From Octopus bimaculoides (Eukaryota): a stretch of DNA of 34,236 nt. A program made the position numbers and the translations under genes. Below, in pieces: positions 25,621 through 34,236 of the stretch; position 1 is the first letter of the stretch, and the number at the start of each line of letters is the position of its first letter. The DNA is taken from assembly GCF_001194135.2 (NCBI RefSeq), contig NC_068981.1, positions 58,907,225-58,941,460 of the forward strand. Reading direction: 5' to 3'. The notes beneath the pieces are model-generated. The model made no database searches, was not told the origin of the DNA, and was given only the letters and a program-made list of their open reading frames with translations.

Positions 25621-26440
25621 AGTGTAAGGTCCAGTAAAAAGTCTTTAGATAAGCTCCAAAAGGTTAATGTAGTTCGAGCTATGCATCTGTATGATTTCTC
25701 TACACTGTATAAGAATCTAGATTTGAAATTGGTGGAAAAGGATATATTCAGAATACTTGATATAGTGGTTGATGTTGGTCATAAATATATTTCTAAGGGT
25801 AGGTATAATGAATTCACTTGTTTAGCTAAGGGTCGATAAAATCAGATGGTTAGTTTTATTATTAATGTTGCTGATAGGATATTTATACAAGTCAAATGTC
25901 TTCGGATAAGTAGTAATTTTGGCTTTCTCCTAGCTGACGTATATTTGTCTTCGTACGAGTTTTATTTTCTGAATGAATTATACCAATAGAATATTGGCTG
26001 AGTCAAACAGCTTGGTAATTGCTGCATATATATTGATGATATTTTTTATTAAAAACTACAATCGTTTTGAAAATATTTCCAGATCTCGTAGCTAATAGAA
26101 ATGGAAAGGTGGTGAATACGGTAAATGGTTTAGCTGTTAAGGTAGTTTGTATAGGTAATAAAGTTATAACTAGCGTTTATAATGAAACTGATAGGTTTCA
26201 TTTTTCTATTGCATCCTTGTCCTGGGCATTTTGTAGAATTCCGTTAAGAGTAGGATATAATGTGTTCTCTAGTCAAGTTATTAGATTCAGTAGGATTATA
26301 AATAAAGTTGATGTATTTTTAGACGGAGTTAAGGTGTTGACGTAGCATATGAAAAAACAAGGTTACTTTTGGAAATAGTTAGTAAAAAGTTTTCATTGTT
26401 GCCTGAGGGGGTCATAATGAAATTTGGAAAAAAATAACTT
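25621..26440 (+). mobile_element. Penelope-like reverse transcriptase pseudogene
   Basis: One frame from 25621 to 26040 carries YDFSTLY (25690-25710), RIFIQVKCLRISSNFGFLLADVYLSSYE (cf. GIPMGxNxAPLLADLFLxxYE) and YIDD (26029-26040). VYNETDRFHFSI, YNVFSSQVIRFSR and KQGY follow; several stops. Confidence 0.85.
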
Positions 26441-27552
26441 GGGGCAATTTCGAGTTTCCAGTTTAGAATAAAGTTTCACAATGATTAATTTTATTTGGCA
26501 TGTTGTTTTGCATCTGTCGTTATGTATTATTGTGTACGACGTCCTTTCCATTAGGGAACAGTTTCTGGACTTTCGCTCACAATTTTTCGTTGTTGGATAG
26601 CGATGGGAGTTAGAAGGTAAGTTTTAGTTTTCCTAGTAGCACGTGGATGCTTTGCCGTTTATTCGGAGAATATTTTTCGCATAGGTGCTTCGTTTTATAT
26701 ATTTTTTATCATGCTTTATGGTTTGTTAGATGCTAATGTTGGTTTTCATATAATTTTATGAATTATTTATATTACTGTTTGTTATATTTTGCTTTAAACA
26801 TGGAAATGTCTGTTTGAATTTACGCTCTTTAACTGATTTATATGTTTAGCGGTTTTGGGAAGATGCATTCCCTTGTTTCTGTTTGTGCTTGTTACTTTGT
26901 AAAACCTGGATAGATTGTTTCTTTGGATATTATTTTTCTATATTTTATTGGTTTATGTGCTTGTAACTTAATTATTTCGATTTATTGACTTAATAACTTC
27001 TGTTTGCTACGTATAGTTTAGGTTTATGCTATATATTTTTATGTATTGCTCTTTTGGTAGAACTGTTCTGTTTTGATGTATTTTTTCTATTTATTATACT
27101 TTATGTTATTTAGTTTTAATATTTGGTAGCTGCAGTTATATGACGATGTATGTTGGAGATTCGGTGTTTGTATTTGTAACCATAGTTACAAAACACAAAT
27201 ACAAATACCCCAAAGGTGATGTCGACTCAAGCAACACCTTGAGTCCATGCTTGATCCCCTGTCTATTATTCCCTAGCAACGTTTATATTTTTGACGCACT
27301 TGACACCGTCGGATTAAATGGTACTGTCCAGATGTCGAAACCATAATGATATCCTTTAGGCAAATGAAGATGGCGTGTATACGTTTGTTGTGTTTGTTTA
27401 CTTTTTATATACTGTTCGTTGAGTGCCTTTTGTACCTTATATTCTCATTGTTTAGGTGTTGTCCTCCATTAAGTTTCAAGTTCCGATAAAAATTAGACTT
27501 GCTCAGTGATTTTATAGTTTATGGTGCTTTTGTTACACACACATCTACAAGG

Positions 27553-27880
27553 GTAAAAAACCCTTTCGGTCATGAATGATCATGGGATTGGGGATTGTAG
27601 CTAAAAAGTTCCCCTCCGAGGCACAAGTCCAGGCAAGGTTGGTTATGAAAGCCCAGTAGTCGCCTTCTGTCTTCACGCCACCGATGTTATCTCAGGGAAA
27701 AGCAAAGCCCAATGCAGCCTCACATTAGTGACGTTGTAACACATTCCCACAGGTGAGTGAACTGGAGCAACGTGAAATAAAGTGCCTTGCTCAAGAACGC
27801 AATACATAGCTCGGTCCTGGAATCGAACCCATTAAGTCATCATTGTGATCCTGACGCTCTAAACACTGGACCGAGCGCAC
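27553..27880 (-). mobile_element. tRNA-derived SINE family B head with a third type of tail
   Basis: The reverse complement reads gtgcgctcggtccagtgtttag...gggttcgattcc...gcgttcttgagcaaggcactttatttcacgttgctccagttcactc. Confidence 0.85.
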
Positions 27881-28356
27881 ACAAACACACGTCTCTCTAT
27901 CGCTTTCTCTGCTCCCCCCTCTCTCTCTCTTTCTCTCTCTATATATATACTCTAGTAATAGCTGTAAATCAAAGTCATAAAGTAATTCTCGAAAACAAAT
28001 TCCGAAGATTGTTGTTGTTTATAAAGAAATGCCATCTACCCACACTCAGTAAAAAGTATATTTACACTGACACTTTCTACAGCTTTCTTTTCGTATATGT
28101 TTTACTGCTCACTTATTTCATTTAACCATCGAGGTAAATTACACTTTATCATTTAGTCTACTTCAAACTTGTCAACATGATTTTATTTATTTTAGCTAAA
28201 GAAAGGATAAATAGATTCTTTAAAAGTGCACCTGGAAATAAAGTTTCATAGCACATACAGTATACATACCAACACTCAAGCAAATCATACATGCAGACAC
28301 ACATATGCGCATCTCATATATNNNNNNNNNNNNNNNNNNNNNNNNNNNNNNNNNNN

Positions 28357-28393
<37 letters not shown>

Positions 28394-29714
28394 TTGGTAT
28401 TATGTTTCACTGTCGTATATCTAAATTTGGCCAAATGTGTTTTTTCCAATAATTAATTTTGCTTGCAATAGCTGGTTCTTTTAGTCAAACTATCGTATTT
28501 CCAGTAGCTTTAGATGCCAAGATATGAAAATTGTCAAAAAGTAGTACAACGGTTTAGCATTTTTCAAAGTCCCACAAACAACAGTTTTGCAAAAATATTT
28601 CTGACTGAAAATATCATACATGCATGGACTTACAATTTTATGCAACCAATAAATTATCATTGTTAAGCTGAAACTGTTGCTCATGTAAAAAGAAATGGAA
28701 TGGTGAAACTATTTTTTCGCTTTCTGAAAGAGCTACGATTTGGACTTACGAGACTTTTGCATAATAGCAACGATGATTATGGTCTTGCAAATTTTATTCT
28801 TCCAAACAGCAGAGAACATATACAGAAATATGAAAAATTTCTTATAAAAAGATAAAAAAACACTGGAGCAGTCGTGTTTTTCATAAAACATACATTTGTA
28901 TATGAATATATAGGAGTATATATATAGACTGAAATCCGTGATGTGCAAAGCTAAATGAAAATTTGATACCAGAGTTTAATACAACAACACTGAAGCATCA
29001 TGTCAGTGTACTATTGTGATGTTAAATGTCCGGCAGATACATTGACGTATTGAAATTATAAATCAGATTTTTAATGCTAAAATGTACAAGAAGCTATTTC
29101 GGAAACAAAAGTACTCCTCTCAGTCAATGACATATCCCATGTTATATAACAAAATCCACATGAAATGGTTGAACGATTATAAAGTAAATCTTATATAATG
29201 ATTTGAAAACAAGTCCGAACTTAATACGATAGAAAATCAATGTTCAGGATACAAAAAATAACTGAAAAACATACTGAAAAAACAAAATTAATTAATTGAA
29301 AGATTATCAATGCCTAGTTTAGAATCATTAATCTTGAGGAGTTTCCAGTAACATGCCGAAAAGATTTAAAGCGGTAATCTAATCAGATCAAGAGGTTATC
29401 ATAATTAATACTAATATAGATTGTCATGCTCTAAGCCATTGTCTAAAAAAGCTCTTCTTATTTAAGCTTAAATACAAGGATTTTAGTAAATTTAACTCTC
29501 AAAGTTTGAAGAAAAATATCATATCAGTTTGAAAGCAACATAGGTTATAAAACAACAAAGGTGACTATAATAATAATTATGAATTGGAAAGAAGTATAAG
29601 GCAGCAAGCAACTGTGTAAGAAGGTGTCTAGAGTTTTGGCCACTAGCATATATATGTACGTAATTGCGTGCTCGCACGTTCATACACACTCAAGCAAGCA
29701 TGTATTTATGTATG

Positions 29715-29715
<1 letters not shown>

Positions 29716-29801
<86 letters not shown>

Positions 29802-29820
29802 GTACATATATATATATATA
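29716..29820. repeat. (TC)n plus (TA)n microsatellite
   Basis: Seen directly. Confidence 0.97.
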
Positions 29821-30326
29821 CACTCATACTGGTGGGCACATAAGTGCAAAATAAGGTGGAAAAAATAGTGCACGAATACCAAAGCACCGAAAATACGCTT
29901 CCCACGTATTTTCGATCAAATCTCCTGCGAGTTAACATGGGATCCCTTGACGACAGTGTAACCTTCATTTGACTAAGGTATCTTTGACCTGATGAATAGC
30001 TAGCGGAGTATCCCTTGTTGAGTAATTACTACTTCTGAGGTTCTGCTAGTTAGCAAACATATGAGCCTGGATTTTACCTAAATTCCCTAAATTTGGATTT
30101 TTATTTGCATACACAGCAACCCCTTTGCTAACCGTGAACTATAAAGTAACTTTCTTCACTTTATCGAACTTCGATATAGGAAAAATTTACAACCTTCAAC
30201 GTCAGTAGACTACTATTGGTTCTGAAAGTTGCTTTTTATACCTTCTACGGACTGCTCGAAACTTACTAACTTCCTACACCCGGATCTTTGGAGCTCACCT
30301 TTACATATAATTATATATATATATGA

Positions 30327-30480
30327 ATTAATAATTATATAAGTATATAATCATATTAAAGGAGCAAGTGCAAAACGACCTATCTCCTACATGATTGAAA
30401 TGCCGAGGCACTCAAATACTACCAAAATCTTCAGATTATATATACACAAGGTTGAAATTGGACTAATGAAAAAATATTAA
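30327..30480 (+). repeat. direct-repeat unit; second copy at 30857-30976 plus 32636-32680 is split by Tc1
   Basis: ataattatataagt...caaatactaccaaaa..cagattatatataca..gttgaaat is present twice. Confidence 0.85.
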
Positions 30481-30976
30481 AAAGACTTCAAGTCAATTAT
30501 GAATTGGGTCCAATTTCTGGATTAAAGCCATAAAAGCAGGCTTTTTTCCTTCGTCAACAGAATATACGAGAAATATAAATAATTATACACACCGTACAAA
30601 GCAGATTCACACGTCTACATACAAATATTTGCATGTATATACCCAAGATAATCAAATTTAAATCTTTTCACGACAAACACGTGTATGTTATCAAAATAGC
30701 CCCGCAGGAAATGCTATTCCGATGAGGAGTAAAAATAATCAAATTATTTTATTTTATTTATTAATTCATAATAGAATATAAGGATAAAATCACGTTAATG
30801 ATTTTTATCAGGTAGTCAGCATGCTATAAAAATTTTTATAGGTAATTTATACATTAAATTAATAATTATATAAGTGTATAATTATATTAAGGGACCAAGG
30901 GCGAAAACTACCTGTCTCCAACGTGCTTGAAATACCAAGGCATTCAAATACTACCAAAAACTCCAGATTATATATA

Positions 30977-32635
30977 CAGTGGCGGGGAAATAGATATTCG
31001 TACATGTCAAAATTCTTTTTGGGATATACCAATACTATATTTGCATACACATACATAAACTAAGAATATGCAAAAGAAACTAATAAATTATAGTAACTAA
31101 TGAATTTATATACAAATATAAATATTTAGGGGTGAAAAAAGTATTCGTACAGAACATAAATAACTGATAATTCTGATTTAATACTTCGTAGCATAACCAT
31201 TATTCAGTTCCACTTTAACCAATCTCTTCTTGTAGCTCTTAATCAATGACTCGCATGTTTCTTTAGGATTTTTTTCCCATTCTTCTTGACAAATTTTCTT
31301 CAAATCTGGAATGCACATTGGGGCTCTTGAATGAGTTTTAATTTTCAAATAACGTCACAAATTTTCAATGGGGTTCAAGTCAGGTGACTGGCTTGGCCAT
31401 TCTAATAATTTTATATTGTGATTGACAATCCATTTTTGGAAGACTTCGCCGTGTGCTTAGGGTCGTTATCCTGTTGTAAAACCCACCCTTCACAAAGCTG
31501 GAGCTTTTCTATAGAGTCCCATAAATTATTGTTCAAAATATTTTGGTACCTCTCTGCATTCATTCTATCATCTGTCTCATGTAAATTGCCAGTGCCATTT
31601 GCAGAGAAACACCCTTACACAATGATGTTGCCATCTCCAAACTTTACAGTAGGAATTATGTTTTTCGGCGAATAGGTGGTACCATCTTTCCTCCAAACAT
31701 GGCTACGCGAATTTCGTCCAAACAATTCAATTTTCGACTCGTCTGTCCAAAGAACATTTTCCCAGAATGTATCAGATTTATATTTATATTCATAAACAAA
31801 TTTTAAACGGGCATCTCTATGCCTTTAAGTCAACAGTGGAGTTTTTCTAGGAGAGCATGACTTCAGTTCATTCCTATGAAGTTGATTGCTGATTGTTCAT
31901 AGTGTAACACTAGTCCCTGAAGTTAACAAGTCTTCTTGCAACTCATTTCTGGTGATCATTGCGTTGTTTTCGATACTTCACTTCATTTTTCTTAAAGATC
32001 TAGGGGAAATCTTGCGTGGTGCACCGGATCTTATTCTGTTTTCAACAGTTCCCGATTTTTTATATCTTTGAATAAATGAAGATATGGTAGAAAATNNNNN
32101 NNNNNGGAAATCTTGCGTGGTGCACCGGATCTTATTCTGTTTTCAACAGTTCCCGATTTTTTATATCTTTGAATAAATGAAGATATGGTAGAAAATGGAA
32201 TACAAAGGGTCTCTGATATTTTCCTGTAACTTTTCACTGAATTTGTGGGTTCTTTACCTTTCGTCATTATTACGACACTACTTTATGTTGTCTCAGTGCT
32301 GAATGAAGAAGCTAGCGTTTTGACACTTAAAAACTGATAAGATTATTGGAACAAACGAGAGAGTTCTAGTAAAAAAACCCCACTTATTTTAACAGTATTT
32401 TGTGGCATAGAAACTCATAAATTTATTCTGTACGAATACTTTTTTCACCCCTAAATATTTATATTTGTATATAAATTCCTTAGTTACTATAATTTATTAG
32501 TTTCTTTTGCATATTCTTAGTTTATGCATGTGTATGCAAATATAGTATTGGTATATCCCATTTATGTTCATTAGAAATTAAACAATTAAATAAACAAAGA
32601 ATTTTGACATGTACGAATATTTATTTCCCCCACTG
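30977..32635 (-). mobile_element. Tc1-family (DD34E, IR/DR type) transposon, transposase pseudogene at 31178-32267
   Basis: TA-CAGTG...CACTG-TA ends. ~200-bp TIRs with inner and outer tattcgtaca repeats. Motifs [29 protein letters not shown] and [14 protein letters not shown]; in-frame stops and a frameshift. Confidence 0.96.
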
Positions 32636-34074
32636 TACATAGTGTTGAAATCGGGCTAGTGAAAAAATATAAAAAAAAAATTCTGTGTTTATGGCTTTAA
32701 TCCAGAAAAATATTTAAAAAAAGCAAGCCCGTTTTTNNNNNNNNNNNNNNNNNNNNNNNNNNNNNNNNNNNNNNNNNNNNNNNNNNNNNNNNNNNNNNNN
32801 NNNNNNNNNNNNNNNNNNNNNNNNNNNNNNNNNNNNNNNNNNNNNNNNNNNNNNNNNNNNNNNNNNNNNNNNNNNNNNNNNNNNNNNNNNNNNNNNNNNN
32901 NNNNNNNNNNNNNNNNNNNNNNNNNNNNNNNNNNNNNNNNNNNNNNNNNNNNNNNNNNNNNNNNNNNNNNNNNNNNNNNNNNNNNNNNNNNNNNNNNNNN
33001 NNNNNNNNNNNNNNNNNNNNNNNNNNNNNNNNNNNNNNNNNNNNNNNNNNNNNNNNNNNNNNNNNNNNNNNNNNNNNNNNNNNNNNNNNNNNNNNNNNNN
33101 NNNNNNNNNNNNNNNNNNNNNNNNNNNNNNNNNNNNNNNNNNNNNNNNNNNNNNNNNNNNNNNNNNNNNNNNNNNNNNNNNNNNNNNNNNNNNNNNNNNN
33201 NNNNNNNNNNNNNNNNNNNTATATATATATAAATAATTTTTGAGCTTAACTGGTATATATCAATTCATGTGCTGATGTGTTGAGTAAAGCACTAGCACAG
33301 TTTGGGATCTACATCAGGAATTCTGCAGATAATACTCGATTAAGGAAACAGAAGATAGATTTGCTATTAGTTTTTATTGTTTGCGACAATCGTTTCGAAC
33401 CACCCTGCGACTGTCCCTTATGGGTGGGATGCTGTGCATCATATTGGGTTGCATCAATTTTGAAGCATGGGTCACATCAAGTACATTCATTCATAAAGTG
33501 GTGTCTCGCAAAAAGTCTTGAGTTTGGGCGGTCATGTTATTTGCCAGCTTCAATTAGGGAATGAGGCATTGCTACAATTGTCCTTATGTTAAATATTCAT
33601 AACAAGTAATAGCAAATAATTGTAAATACAAACATATAAACTGTAGACAGGAAAGAAAGAGAAAGAAAACGTTTACAAGGGGAAGTAAATGGGAGAGGGA
33701 CATAAATAGGATGAGACCTGTAAAGGAAGGATTAGATTGCATTAAGTTTAAAGCGAAGCAAGGTAATTACACTTGCTAACACGGGTTGGGATGCGTATAG
33801 GAACATACGCACACATTCACGCACATGCACACCCACGCATACACCCATACAGAGACGTAGGTACCCACACTCACCCTGGCCTATGTCGGGTGCAATTTCT
33901 ATAATTTATGATCGGAAGATAAATACATTAAAAGTCTGTCATCACAGTTATTTTAAGGTTAGGGTAGGGTTTGAGTAGTTGTCATGTGAAAGGCTGTGAG
34001 GCGTGTGCTTTATCTATAGCACGCTGGATTGTCGGTTCATCCAGCAGCAGCCACAGATGACTGGACACACTCGT

Positions 34075-34236
34075 ACGCATACAAGTATATGTATACACAT
34101 GCATACACATTCAGTGGTATATTTAAATCTATACGTGCACTGATGCATACATACACATATATACATACACACACATACATATATACATATATGCACACAT
34201 ACACACACATATGTATATATATATATATATATATAT
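34075..34236. repeat. compound (TA)/(CA) low-complexity tract
   Basis: Seen directly. Confidence 0.95.

Noticed and set aside
27138-27222. Possible SECIS (ATGAC ... TGAT) downstream of the PLE RT
   Set aside because: The spacing is far too long and there is no apical AA motif in register.
32005-32196. Exact 91-bp tandem duplication inside the Tc1 ORF
   Set aside because: The two copies flank a 10-N gap and are identical, so this is most likely an unmerged contig overlap rather than biology.
33277-33564. 95-aa ORF and faint LINE-like words (CLRQ, GGHV) in another frame
   Set aside because: Too degenerate to assign.

Overview
Eukaryotic, AT-rich, repeat-saturated scaffold segment with seven N-gaps (846-1166, 4013-4454, 6297-7018, 8338-8419, 28322-28356, 32096-32105, 32737-33219). 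Most gaps abut dinucleotide microsatellites. The SINE families resemble, from memory only, those of octopod cephalopods, so the organism assignment is an inference. No intact host gene, RNA gene or CRISPR array can be demonstrated, and almost every listed ORF is a microsatellite or gap artefact or a transposon fragment. Recognisable content: two decayed mariner elements (one with a nested RTE LINE), a decayed IR/DR Tc1 element, two Penelope-like remnants, three R4/Dong-like LINE 3' fragments packed among (TAA)n tracts, about 11 tRNA-SINE copies of three families, and two copies of an unclassified ~550-bp element. The best leads are a hammerhead-like three-helix junction beside a Penelope remnant, the TAA-tract insertion nest with its orphan element, a Penelope-like RT with no downstream endonuclease, and weak candidate exons of a possible host gene. 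I found no convincing novel multi-gene system.
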